Position numbers and translations under genes: made by a program. Source: the human T2T-CHM13v2.0 reference genome, Homo sapiens. From it: a stretch of DNA of 64,000 nucleotides. Positions 25,921 to 39,849 of the stretch are shown one piece after another. The notes beneath the pieces are model-generated. The model saw only the letters and a program-made list of their open reading frames with translations. It had not been told where the DNA came from and did no database searches. Within the stretch, counting starts at the first letter, position 1; each line of letters begins with the position of its first letter. The stretch lies in the NCBI RefSeq assembly GCF_009914755.1, contig NC_060936.1. The stretch is one strand, 5' to 3'.

Positions 25921-27024
25921 ACACCTGACCACAGTGTGTGTGGTCTCTGAGGCCCAGTGGTGGCTCTCAGAGCACCTCCTTAGCAAATGTACCACTGGAC
26001 CCTTGTTAGAATGATGTTCTTGATTTTTTAAAATTTATTTTTGTCTCTTGACTATTCTTGATTCAGGAATGTTCTTGATTTTAAAGGGAGGGTGTGAGGT
26101 AGTTGTTGTCTAGTTGTCTAGATATCCTCCACCTGAGAACGCTGTCTGGTGTCATAGAAACAGCAATGGCATTGGGATCAAAAGACAAACTTTCCAGCCC
26201 CAGCTCTGCCTCTCTTTAGCAGTCTCCTGACCTATACAAGGTTCAGTTTTCCCACCATTTAAGGGAAACCAATACCACTGTTTTATTCACAGCACTCTTG
26301 TGGGAATCACAGGAGACAGGGCACGGGAGAGCCTTTGGGGAACTGTGGATGTTAGTCCCTGTCGTCATCAGCCTTTCCATAGTGGAGCCTGGGCTACTCT
26401 GAAATAGAAGCACCTCTCCTTCCTTTGGACCCCTGGAGCACTGTGTTCTACAGTTCTTAGCTCTTTTTCTGTGTGCATTATTTGTATGTCTTATCCTTGG
26501 TGGTCAACCACTTCAAGGTGAGAGACTGGGGTGGTGGTTCCTTTTTTTTATTTTTTAATCTCCCCTGCCCCATCTTTCTCTTTCCCACTTCCTATGTTGA
26601 CTGACAAAATCTTCGTATTTCCCAGAGTACCAGAGTTTTTCTGTGAGAGGCTAGGTCAGTGTTTCTCCCCAAGCAGAGGCTAAGAAGTACCTGATGCAGT
26701 CATTTATTTTCAGAATGTGTGTAGCTTGCCTCCAGCGGATTGCCTGGGAAGCTGGAGATGTGCTTCAGGGGAAAGGTGGTCCATCCACTTTTCCTGAACA
26801 GGCTGTGCATGCAGCCTTGACATAGCCAACTCTGCAGGAGCATGAAAGAACTGAAGATACAGTATTCGACTTCCAGTATTTCTAATCACTTTAGAGACAG
26901 GATGACGATTGGTTTAGAAGAGCCAGGGGATGACTAAGGAGCACATGTAAAACAATAATGTTCAGTATAGACTTTAGTTTCTGATTTGAAACATTTTCTA
27001 AAAAATCATGTATCTTTAAAAAAT

Positions 27025-27250
27025 TGGAAGCAGCTCAGTGTTTGCTGGAGATGAGGCATAGAGTGTGGTGGAAGGGAGGGATGACAAAGGGGCAGGCAGA
27101 GACTTTGAGGGATGAGGGGTGTGCACATCACCTTGCTGGTGGGGACTGTTTCATGGTTGGATACATGTGTGAAAGCATATCAAATTGCATGCTTTAAATA
27201 TGTGCAGTTTCCTGTGTATCAAGTATACCTCAATAAAGTAGTTAAAAATG
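27025..27250 (+). mobile_element. old L1M 3' end
   Basis: tcaaattgcatgctttaaatatgtgcagttt...tacctcaataaagtagttaaaaa. Confidence 0.8.
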
Positions 27251-27781
27251 GTATACCTTTATTATGCTGAAAGAAGGGAAAATTTGGAAAGGAGATGTTT
27301 TTCTGTAGAAGATAGCTTCTAGAAAGGAAAATCAAACACAGTCTAAGTTATTCTCTGTTTTGTTCTCCTCCCTCCACAGATGTCTTGTTGTTTTGGGTCC
27401 TCTTATCTAAAATTTCACAATATGTGAAAGTAGCCTGAACTCTAAAGGTAGTAGTTGTGGTTTTGGGAAACTGTGTGTTCGTACTGCCTCTGTAAATGGA
27501 ACACAAGCCTCTCCTACCCTCTGGGGAGCTTGTCACTTAGTACAGTTTTTTAGGAACTCCTAAGAAGTTTAAGTTCTGGCCACAGGTCCCAGAGTTAAGG
27601 ATGTTGTCAACTCTGCTACTCATTTGAAAAATGTCTTGTGGAACCTATAGCCGCAGAAAGAGCTTTGTTTCTCTGGGTGAAAACAACATACGTTATCATT
27701 TCTAATAACTTTAATGGATGCTGCTGCTTTCTTCTTTTTGGCCCCCAAGATACTCAGAGATAAACTTGAAACTCAACTATA

Positions 27782-27948
27782 GGTGGGGGGAGGGGGAAGG
27801 GATAGCTTTAGGAAATATACCTAATGCTAAATGACGAGTTAATGGGTGTAGCACACCAGCATGGCACATGTATACATATGTAACTAACCTGCACATTGTG
27901 CACATGTACCCTAAAACTTAAAGTATTATGATAATAATAAAAAAAAAA
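27782..27948 (+). mobile_element. extremely 5'-truncated young L1PA (L1PA2/3-like), 167 bp
   Basis: L1 terminal 3' UTR; perfect 14-bp TSD gaaactcaactata at 27768-27781 and 27949-27962. Confidence 0.96.
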
Positions 27949-28384
27949 GAAACTCAACTATAACAAGCATGGTCTGCATACTTGTGTGTATATTTTCGCT
28001 GGTCTCAAATTTCTATTTATTTATAGTTTTCTGGCTTACAGTCTATATTTGTGTAATATTTATATGGTTTTATATGGTTCTTGATGGAAATCCCCTAAAA
28101 TCCTTTTCGTAGCGAGTCAGAGAATGAAATCTGTGGTTTAATCCACTGGCTTTTCTTTAGGCAAGAGACAGCTGTGCTAGAAGAATGGAGGATTATAATA
28201 AATTTGAAAAACCAGAACAGTTCTTCAGGTAAGCATGATCTGTACTCCTGACCTTAGGAATTGACTCTAGGTCCCAGATTTTGAATTTCTTATGAGCATA
28301 ATCATCTACTTAAAAAAATCACTTAATTAACAGTGATTATTGAGTATCTGCATCTCCTCCAAGAAATAAAATGCCATATACATG

Positions 28385-28412
<28 letters not shown>
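28385..28412. repeat. (AC)14 microsatellite
   Basis: Uninterrupted AC run. Confidence 0.95.
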
Positions 28413-28415
<3 letters not shown>

Positions 28416-28544
28416 TGATAGTCCTACAGATGACTAATCACTCCCCACCCCCCGACTTCCTGCCTTTTCATTCATACATTGGGGTTGGGATCTCTGCTAC
28501 CACAGGAGCTGTTGCAGAGAAAAAGATTTTTAAAATACTATATT

Positions 28545-29311
28545 ATGTAAATTAGTACAACCATTATGGAAAACAGTATGGAATTTCTTCAAAAAACTAA
28601 AAATGGAACTATCGTATGATCAAGCAATCTCACTACTGAGTATATATCCAAAGAAATTGAAATTGGTATATCGAAGAGATAGCTGCACTGCCATGTTCAT
28701 TGCAGCATCATTCATAATAGCCAAGATAGAGAATCAACCCAAGTGTCCATTAATGGATGAAGGGATAAAGAAAATGTGGTGCATATACACACAATGGAAT
28801 ACTATTCAGCCTTGAAAAAAAGGAAGGAAACCCTGTCATTTGAGACAACATGGGCAAACCTGGCAGATGTTACGTTAAGTTAAATAAGCCAATAACAGAA
28901 GGACAAATACTGTGTGATTTCACTTGCACGTGGAATCTAAAAGAGTTAAACTCATAGAAACAGAGAGTAGAATGGTGGTTACCAGGGCTGGGGGTTGGGG
29001 TGGAGGGCAGGTGGAGGTGAAGTTAGTCAAATGTACAAAATCTCAGAGAGGAGAAATAAGTTTTGAGATCTATTGTACAGCATGGTAACTGTAGTAGTTA
29101 ATAATAATGTTTACTTCAAAATTGCTGAGTAAATCCAAATGTTCACACCACAAAAATATAAGTACACGAGGTGATGGATATGTTAGTTAGTTGAGTTAGC
29201 TAGCTAACTAACCATAGGTATAAGCATAGGTATAAGCATATAAAAATACCACATTTTATCCCCTAAATAGATACAATTATTATTTATCAGTAAGAAATAA
29301 TAATATAACAT
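28545..29311 (+). mobile_element. 5'-truncated L1MA
   Basis: ORF2 C-terminal remnant (ELSYDQAISLLSIYPK..MFIAASFIIAK..QPKCP); perfect TSD aaatactatatt at 28533-28544 and 29312-29323 after TTTTT/AAAA. Confidence 0.92.
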
Positions 29312-30109
29312 AAATACTATATTGTTTCAAAATAGAGGGAAGAAAACATGCAAATAGTCCTAATGGATTTTTTTTTTTTTTTTTTTTAGTCTCCAGGCTG
29401 GCTTCCAGACAAGGCTGTATGGTGGCCCAGACTGGTTGAATTTTTTCACTTAACTTTTTGTTGATCTGCCTTAATTTCCAATAACTAGAGATTCTGATAA
29501 GAACTTTAAGAATAGGAATACTTCTGAGAATCTTAAGATGTTATTAGCCATATATAAGTAACCATACATTTTATAAAAGCATTTTTCTCTTCACAATAGC
29601 TGGAAGTGGAACATCCTAGAGAATAATTCATTTTTGAAAAATAGAATGTCTTAGAGGAGAACTGGCCTGCTAAGTATTACAGGGGAGGACTCAGGACAAA
29701 ATCAAGTTATCAGATACCTGGGGCTTAGAAAGCAAGGAGTTAGAAGGTAGAAGAGGCTTACAGAAAGGAGGAAAGAAGATGCTGGAGACCCTCTTTCATC
29801 TATTATAGAACATTTTCTATGGCTGGCCTGTATTCAGAGAAGGATACCTATCTTGCTGCTTTCTGCACCAAATAGTTCCAAGATCCAAAATTCAAGCTAG
29901 TGCTCTTAGTGAATAGTTTGGTTATATTACGGGTTAAATGGGTTTTCCTATAAAGCTAGCCACCATTTATGGTATTTAGATCTACCACTTAGGAAGATTT
30001 CAGTCATATTCATGATTTTCAGGTTGTCCTCTCTCAGAACCCTGGTGTCATAAACTGTAATAGTTGTAGGAATTGTTGTAGTGGATATAGCAGTAATATT
30101 TTCTATGGA

Positions 30110-30330
30110 AAAATATAGAAGTTAATATATGCCAGGTACTGTTTCAGTTATGGACACTCATTTAAATATATGAAGTAGATGCTATTATAATCCCCAATTA
30201 CAGACGAGGAAACTGAGAGACAGAAAAGTTAGATAACCTCCCAAGGTCATGTAGCTACTAAGTAGCAAAGCCTTGATTTGAACCTGCACTCTCTAGATCC
30301 CATTTAGGCTCTTAACTGCTATACTGTCTT
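30110..30330 (-). mobile_element. MIR SINE
   Basis: acagacgaggaaactgagagacaga...cccaaggtcatgtagct. Confidence 0.85.
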
Positions 30331-31109
30331 AACTGGATTGAGGTTTTCCATAAAATTAAAGTTTCCCCTGAATCCACAGAAAATGTTAACAATATATAGA
30401 ATTTTCTGGATTTAATTTTTTTCTGTCTCAAATCTTTGTATCTAGGATCACAGATAACTGAAGATTGAACAAGTTGCAAATTTCTTAATAGTCACATATG
30501 TATCATTATATACTCAGAGTTTAGCCAGATAACCCACCATAAATTGCTAATGAAGCTTAATAATTTATAGTGAAAAAACAAAAATAGAATTGCAAACCAT
30601 AAGCAACTCAAGACGTGCACGGGGGATTATGCATCCTTCCCCCAGTTTACAGAAATTGCAACCATCAGCATATGCGTTCCACATCAGTGCCAGGCATTGT
30701 GTGGCAATCAGACTTCTTATCTAGAAACTCTAGAAATGTACTACTTTTAGTAATCCTAAATAACTTACTTAATAAGCTATATTACTTAAGCTATATTATG
30801 CACAAATATAAAGCTAGAAAACAAAAGGTGAACTTGGACTTCCTCTATCCTTTATAAAAATGGAAGGACCTGTGCTTTGCTGGATTGGTTTGCTGTTCAG
30901 GTGGAAACCCCTCGTGGTCCATTCAGTGGGCTGTGGGCGATAGTTTGAGAATCCTGCTTTAAAGGAAGAATACAGTTCATACATTTTATTAAAGACAGTC
31001 TGCTAAAGTGATGGAGCTGGAATTTTCTCAGTGAGAGCACTGTATAACAGGGTTTTCTGTTTTCCTTTTTTCATAACAAATAGTACTTCTCACTTAAAAA
31101 CAATTGTTC

Positions 31110-31290
31110 CTTACAATGATGTCTGGGATTTGCTTCAAAATAATCCTGTGGGTAAAGAGTTGGGAATGAGTTGGGGAATAGGTGGAAGAAGTGGGATGAG
31201 GGGCAGATAATTGTCAAAGCAAGTGACATGGGGCTTCATGATACTGTTTTCTCTACTTTTCTATATCTTTGAAAATAAAAAGTTAACAGC
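31110..31290 (+). mobile_element. L1MC-type 3' end fragment
   Basis: gatgtctgggatttgcttcaaaataatcc...ttctctacttttctatatctttgaaaataaaaag. Confidence 0.7.
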
Positions 31291-31299
31291 AACAACAAA

Positions 31300-32700
31300 A
31301 ACCTTCCTTGACTACTATCCTACCTACTTCATTTCTCTGCTCTTGTTCACAGCAGAGCTTCTAAAAGGAACTCTCTGTATATCTCATTTGTACATCCTCA
31401 TCCTCCATTATTTAAGCAACCCATTCACTTGGCTGTCCTCCCCACCAGCCAACTGAAATTACCTTTTTAAGGGTCCCCACCAATCACCATCTTGCCATAT
31501 GGGGTGGTTAATTCTCTCTTATGTTACTTGACTTTCAGCAGCATTTGATGCAATAGGTCACTTTTTGTTTCTTGGAGCATTTTCTTTTATTGGCTCATGT
31601 GCACCCACATGTTCTCATTTCTTCTGCATCTTGCTGGTTTCCAACAGCTGACCTCTAGCTGTTGGAAAGCCTCCAATGCTTCATCCTTGGGTTTCTCTGT
31701 ACTCTTTCTGAGTAATCTCATTGGGTCCCATTGCTTTAAATACCTTCTGGTTGCTAACTTAACATCTGTAGCCCTGACTTCCAGACTTGAATCTGAGAGG
31801 CATCTCAAATTTAATGTATCCAAATCATAACTCTTAATCCCAGCCTTACTTTCTTCCTTTCTTCCTCACCTCTTGGTACCCCCATCTCAGTAAATAACAC
31901 TGTTATATATCTGGCTGCTAGAGCCCCGAACCTTAGGCATCACCCTTGATTGCTCTTTTTCCCTCATATCCCACATCCAGCCTATCACTATGACCTATTG
32001 TCATATCTCCAAATTTACCTGAATTCATCTACTTTCCTCTCCTCTCCTGCTACCATCCCAGTCCGAACCTCTGACATCTCTCACTGGACTTCCATATCAC
32101 CTCCTAATCCATCTCTGCCTCTGTGTTTGCCCCTGGCAGTCCATGGAGAGACCAGCCAGAGTGGTCTCTTTAAACTGAAGTGTCACTCCCCCGCTTAAAC
32201 TCACCCATTGGCATCCCATAGCACTTAGAAGGAAAGCCGAACTCCTTTGTGAAGTACCTGCTGCCTATGTCTGCCCCACCCTGCCAGGACTCACTACTGC
32301 TGTCACACAGATCCCTTTTCTGTTCTTCAAATATACCAAGTGGGAGTCTTACCTCAAAGCCTTTGCAGTTCTCTTCTCTCTCCCTGCTATACAGATCACC
32401 ATAAGGCTGGCTTCCTCTTACTACCTAGGTTTCGTCTTAAGTCACCTCCCTAGAGAGGTTTGACCTGACCACCCTATGTAAAGTATTCATATAACCCCAG
32501 GCCACACTCTATCTCATAGCCCATTTTATTTTAATTTATGTAAAGCATTTGTGTTTATGTATTATTTTTTTGCCCCTACCTATAAAGTCCAGAAGAGCAG
32601 CTACCTTGTTTGTCTTGTTCAGTGCTGTATCCCTGGCACCTAGAACAATGTCTGGAACATATAGAAGGTTAATGTTTATTGCATGAATAAACAAATGAAT
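31300..32700 (+). mobile_element. L2 LINE 3' portion, about 1.4 kb
   Basis: cttgactttcagcagcatttga, ggcatctcaaatttaatgtatccaaa, tgctgtatccctggcacctagaaca, ending gaataaacaaatgaat. Confidence 0.88.
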
Positions 32701-33790
32701 TACTTTGTTTGTGATTTAGGATCAAGGAACTTTTCCCCAAAGGCGAATCTGTGCAGTTTTATCCCACGCTTCTTCCCCATCCCTAAGTTCCTGCTCATCT
32801 GGACTGTGTGCTTGCAAACTGTGTAAAGACTTGTTCAACATTCTTAAATATGTTAAAGAAGTATTGCACTTTGGGCTCTTTGTCATTTTCAAGTCACATT
32901 CTATCCTGGGCACCATCCGGAGGGGTCTTGTCCAGTTTCCTAGTTTCTCAGAAAGGAATATTTCATGGCTGCTCGCACGTCCTCTTCCCTTACAGTATTT
33001 GGACTTTACACCACTCATTGGCAGAGCCAAGGCCTACCCCATCTGAGCAAAGAGCAACAGAGATCTGTTGGCTCCATTCACTCCTTTGCTCTAAGACTCA
33101 CTTGTTTCTTCTTATCTTTTCCCAACTATTTTTAGTTGTCAAATTGCTCCTTTCTTTCCCTTTCCCATCTATTTTTCTTTTCCTGTGGAAAACAACCCAT
33201 ATATTTCTAGTTTAGTCAGATTAGCTGCTAGGAAGGCCCTTTCTCAAGCTTATTTATATAACGAAAAGCTATACCCAAATCCTAATTTCATGTGACAATT
33301 GAGCAGCCTCTTGTAAAATAGCTAGAACAAGGGCAAGGATATTAATTTGGCTCTTGGACTGAGACACACTAGGGATGTCCCAGGGATTTGAACAATTTCT
33401 AATCTTCTCAGAGGAGGGCATAAGGAAATTCCTAACCAAGGTGAAATCTTTTGTCACATCCTAGAGTAGATAAGTACTTCAAGAATCTTCTAGACTGGGG
33501 ATAAGTTGGAACTGCTAAATATTATCTACTTATCTAATGCATGTAATAATAGCTATCTATGTCTATTTTATCAAGTAGCTGGGAGGATAAGTTTGGTTTT
33601 TTTTTCAAGGACTTTTGAGCTTTTTCTTCAGGTAATATATCTTAAGGGAACACTTTATATAAAGCTAAGCCATTGGGAAATTTTTTCTGCCATAGCCAAC
33701 AGTTTTGTAATTAACATTCCTTTGCATGGTATAAATACAAATCTGTTCTTTTGTCAGGATCATTCTTTATGAACTACCATATAAAAGTCA

Positions 33791-34111
<321 letters not shown>

Positions 34112-34352
34112 TTATTAGTATTAAGTATTTACTTTTAGATCAATGAAAACATTTCTATGGGGCTAGACTTTTCCTTGTCAAGATTATAATTTTTCTTACG
34201 AGTTTTTACCTGAAACCCCTATTTTCTAAGACCCCATGGTTAATGAGTCTCTTTGACATTAATCATTTCAATTTTGCTGGTTCTGATGACCCTGTGCTAT
34301 CTATTAGAGCTCTAACCCTTTGCAAACCTCTCTTCTGCCCTTGTCAGTGTCT

Positions 34353-34389
34353 CACGTGCTCACGTGCATCTTAGGCTGGATATCACGTG
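34353..34389. promoter_or_regulatory. cluster of three canonical CACGTG E-boxes (candidate enhancer)
   Basis: CACGTG at 34353, 34361 and 34384, each preceded by T; motifs only, no functional data. Confidence 0.4.
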
Positions 34390-35879
34390 GCACATCCTGG
34401 TACCACCTCTGCTGCTTTCACTGGCCACTGTTGCATCTGTTTGGTGCAGCTGCTTCCTCCACTGGGACCAACCCCTCCTCTTCCTTACAAATATTCGGAG
34501 GTGGGGAAAATGGAAATGCTATCATTAGAACATCTGGCATCAGAATTTGCTTTATGAAGAAAATAATCTTGGGGGAAAACACTTTGATGAGTGCTTGCGG
34601 AAGAAAAGGAAACCCCAAAGGCCTGGGTATTGGGAGAGCTGCTTTGTGTAAGCCAAGGGCAAGCATTTACTGGTTGCTTTGAGAGTGAGGGGAACACATG
34701 AGAGAAAGAAAGAGAGGGGAGGGTGGAAGAATGGCAGGCATCAACTAAATGGCATAAAATTGTGGGGAGGGTCTTGATGCACCTGTTCCTCATGGTCTCC
34801 AGACTTTTCTGTGAAGTACAGCATGTAGTGTGGAGTGGATTTCAGGGGGTGAACTTGGAGATGCGTTCATTCACATCACAGTCAGTGCAGGTAGTGTAGA
34901 GACAACAGTCATGGGAAAGGGAGCCCAGGAATGAAGGAGGCCCTGAGAACATCATCCCTCACCAAAATGTTAAGACGGGTTTTGGGTTTCCAGAAGCTAT
35001 AGAGTTGGTGGCAGTTTGAGCCAATTTTTTCCTACATCTTGAAGGGCAATAAGAATCCCACATAATGTCTGGGCCACATCTTGGTGGTACCTGGTATAAC
35101 TTTGCCAAAAGAATTTTAAAACCACCGCAATAGGTAACTCAACTGCTGGTACTGTATTTTATGTGTGCTTGGTATGTTTATATGTCTTTAATTCTATTAC
35201 AATTTTTTTATTGCACAAAGAACATTATAACAATGCATAATTATATATCAATAGCAATATTAAAAATAAAGACAAAAGGACACATTCAGCCAAATGTGCC
35301 TTCAGTGTCTGGCAGGCAAGTATGGCGTAGAAAGGGCAATAAGAGGCAGTTCCTGCCTTTAGGGGGCTTCCAGGATCGAGCCTGCAGTCCCAGCACCCTA
35401 TTGAATCAACTGTTTCTGTTTTTCCATTTTAGTTGTGTCACTCAGGCTTTGGGTGATTTATTAAGAGAACCAATAAGATTTTGCTCAAGATTGGAAACAA
35501 TCTCTTTCCACATCATTTAAGCCTCAGTTGAAGCTTCATTTTCCTCCTTCAGCTTCACCTGAGACTCCTTCTGGCAAAATCCCGCTGCTCCTCCTTGATC
35601 CTGTAGTTTTCTCTGTTTTAACCCTTGGAACATGATTTATAATTCGTGGGATGACTTTTTCTTTGTTTCCCAGGAAATGATACCTTTCTTGAAGGCAGGA
35701 AACTGTGTTTTGTCTGTATTTTGTGAATCCCCACAAATATTTGCTGGATGAATGTTCTTGGGGACACTGCCCTAGATATAGTAGAAGCAGAAGTATTTCT
35801 CGGTTTTTGTGTTTTTTTCTGGAATGAAGGGTAAGGTGAAGGGTTATAGACAGAAATAAGACTGATTGAGTCATAATTG

Positions 35880-36110
35880 CACCTTTGTCAGTCACTCTTG
35901 TAAGAATTTTACATATGTTACACTTCACTCAGTCCTTATAACAACCCTATGAGATAGCAATTATCAGCTCCTCCCTCCTCTCCATTTTAATCATGACCTC
36001 TCAGAAACAGAGAGGTCAAGTGACTTACTCAAAGTCACAGCTAGTAGGTGGCAGTTAGATCTGAACTCAAATAGGCTCCAGAGACTGGGCTCTTGACCAT
36101 TATTCTTCCT
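35880..36110 (-). mobile_element. MIR SINE
   Basis: aacaaccctatgagatag...cagagaggtcaagtgacttactcaaagtcacagctagtaggtggcag. Confidence 0.82.
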
Positions 36111-36480
36111 TTCCAAGGTTGGAAGAGACTGAGAGACCTCAGCTCCTGAACACCTGGAACTGCCAAGCCACAGCTGTTACTATTACTGTACTGTTACTAA
36201 AGAGCCAAACCAAACCACATGGCTGGCTCCTTTGGCAAGAACTTCCCCTCCAGATGTGCCTCTACTTAGCACTCTGATAGTGAGCACAGGTGAGTCCGAG
36301 GAAAGCAGGCCAAGAAGTGCTGATGAGTTTCTCTCTGAGGCCCAGGGATACCCAGCCATGCCAACAACCAGCCCTCCCATGCCAGTCCACGCCCTGTAGC
36401 CTGGCTCTCTTACTGCTTTAGGAGCCCTGGGCTCTCTTACACCTGTGTGGAAGAGGGAGGGACTCCCAGGAACATAATTA

Positions 36481-36533
36481 GGAGTGGGGGAAGGGAGGAG
36501 AAGAAGGGAGGGAAGAGGGGGAGGGGAGAAAGG
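36481..36533. repeat. GA-rich polypurine low-complexity tract
   Basis: gggggaagggaggagaagaagggagggaagagggggaggggagaaagg. Confidence 0.85.
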
Positions 36534-37461
36534 ACATGCATTTCTACCAGGGTAACTTTGGTTTCCTTATATTAATATAAGGGACTTGAACTGTGTTATT
36601 CTTTCTCAAATTGGGATTTAAGGCCCCAAGGAATCCAAAAATTCTATGAGAACTAGGTATTTTTATGTAAATGATTAACTAAAACAACGAATGTAACCTT
36701 ATTCTGGATCATCTTCCAATGGAGTCCTGCCTCTTGATTTTACTTTCTGAGGTTATGTTTGTGACTGTGATGCATGCAAATCTCAGTCACCTACAGTGGC
36801 CACATTCAGACAATTTGAAATGCATTTTATATTGTAACCCAGCACACACACACATGTAAATAGAAATGCACCAGGAGTTTCCTAAAGTATTGCTCACCCT
36901 TTCTGCATAGGGAGTACCCTCTTGTCACCTCTCTTCTATTCCCAGGTAGTCATGACCCACTATCAGATTACAACCTTCAATAAAAAGATCATAGCATGTA
37001 ACTGTAAGCATGATCAGTCTGCCGTTTTCTTTTGCAGTGGAAATGTTCCATTGAAAGACATTTTATAGAATACATCTTTACCACCCTAAGTTGTTTAACA
37101 AACTGAATCTTTGACTTGAGATCATGAGAACAAAATAAAGATATGAAATAATGACTGTTTTATTCTGAATTGCTGAAAAAATACCCAGATAGTTTAAAGC
37201 TGTAAATCAGAACAGGGCAAATCAGAGTCTCATTGCTGTAGGGGTATAGACAGAAATAAGACTGATAGAGTAGTAATTGCAGCTATACAATTATTTTCAT
37301 CAAAACAACCTATATCAAAGTAGCCGTGTTATTTACTTTGTAAGCAGATATAGTGCATGGATCTCATCTCTGAATATGCCAGCTTAAAATTCATTAGCAG
37401 AAAATGTGGTAAGTGTACCATGATGACTTACTTTTTCATTAACTTAACATTTGGGATACAC

Positions 37462-38379
37462 TGTATTAGGGTTCTCCAGAGGAACAGACTTGATAGTAGA
37501 TAGATGATATGATATTAATAGATAGATTGACACAGAGAGAGTAACAGATAGGTAGATAAATATAGATATGAAATTTATTGTAGGTACTGGCTCACATAAT
37601 TTTCGAGGCTGAGAAGTTGTGTACAAGATGCAGAATCAGGAAAGCTGGTGGTGTAATTCAGTATGTGTGTGTGTCGGGGTAGGGACTGGGGGTGTATAGG
37701 GTGGATATAGTATACGTCCCAGTCAGTGTTGGAATGTCCAAGAAGAGTGCTGTTGCCCAAATGCAGGAGAGGATGGATGTTCCAGCTCAAGAAGAGAGAA
37801 AATTCACCCTTCCTTGCTTTTTTGTTCTATTTGGGCCCTCTACAGACTGGATGGTACCCACCTACATTGGCAAGTGATATGGTTTGATTCTGTGTCTCCA
37901 TCCAAATCTCATCTCGAATTGTAATCCCCATGTGTTAGGGAGGGACCTGGTGGGAGATGACTGGATCATGGGGACGGTTCCCCCATGTTGTTCTTGTGAT
38001 AATGAGTGAGTTCTCACAAGATCTGATGGTTTAAAAGTATGGCACTTACTCCTGCTCTCTCTCTCTCTCTCTCTGGCCACTATGGAAGATCTGCCCCTTG
38101 CTTCCCCTTTGCCTTCTGCCATGATTGTAAGTTTCCTGACATGCATACTGTGAGTCAATTAAACCTCTTTTCTTCATAACTTACCCAGTCTCAGGTAGTA
38201 TCTTTATAGCTGTGTGAGAATGGACTAATACAGTGAGGGTGATCTTTACTCAATCTGTTGATTCAAATGCTACTCTCTTATGAAAATACCCTTACAGACA
38301 CATCCGAAAATAATGTTTCGCCAGCTATCTGGGCACCCCTTAAGCCCAGTCAAGTTGACACACAAAATTAACCATCACA
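37462..38379 (-). mobile_element. MLT2 (ERVL) solo LTR, split by a MaLR LTR
   Basis: tgtattagggttctccagag...caagttgacacacaaaattaaccatcaca; perfect TSD TACAC at 37457-37461 and 38380-38384. Confidence 0.9.
37875..38232 (+). mobile_element. MSTA/THE1D-like MaLR solo LTR nested in MLT2
   Basis: tgatatggtttg...tggactaataca; flanks gcaag and gtgag. Confidence 0.92.
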
Positions 38380-38479
38380 TACACTATTAAAGTGGCTGAA
38401 TCATTTATTCTGGATTAGGGTGATTTTATCATTGTGGTGGTAGTTAATACACTTTTCTGTTTGCTATATTTCCTGTAAG

Positions 38480-39849
<1,370 letters not shown>

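Noticed and set aside
28185-28215. MEDYNKFEK resembles the CDK1 N-terminus MEDYTKIEK
   Set aside because: Similarity ends before the GxGxxG loop; treated as coincidence
32722-33215. Overlapping ORFs on both strands in unique DNA
   Set aside because: No recognisable homology or convincing splice boundaries
34320-34793. Cluster of three ORFs near the E-boxes
   Set aside because: No recognisable protein similarity; lengths within chance expectation
36041-36056. CTCF-like ctagtaggtggcag
   Set aside because: Mismatch in the core and is ordinary MIR-derived sequence
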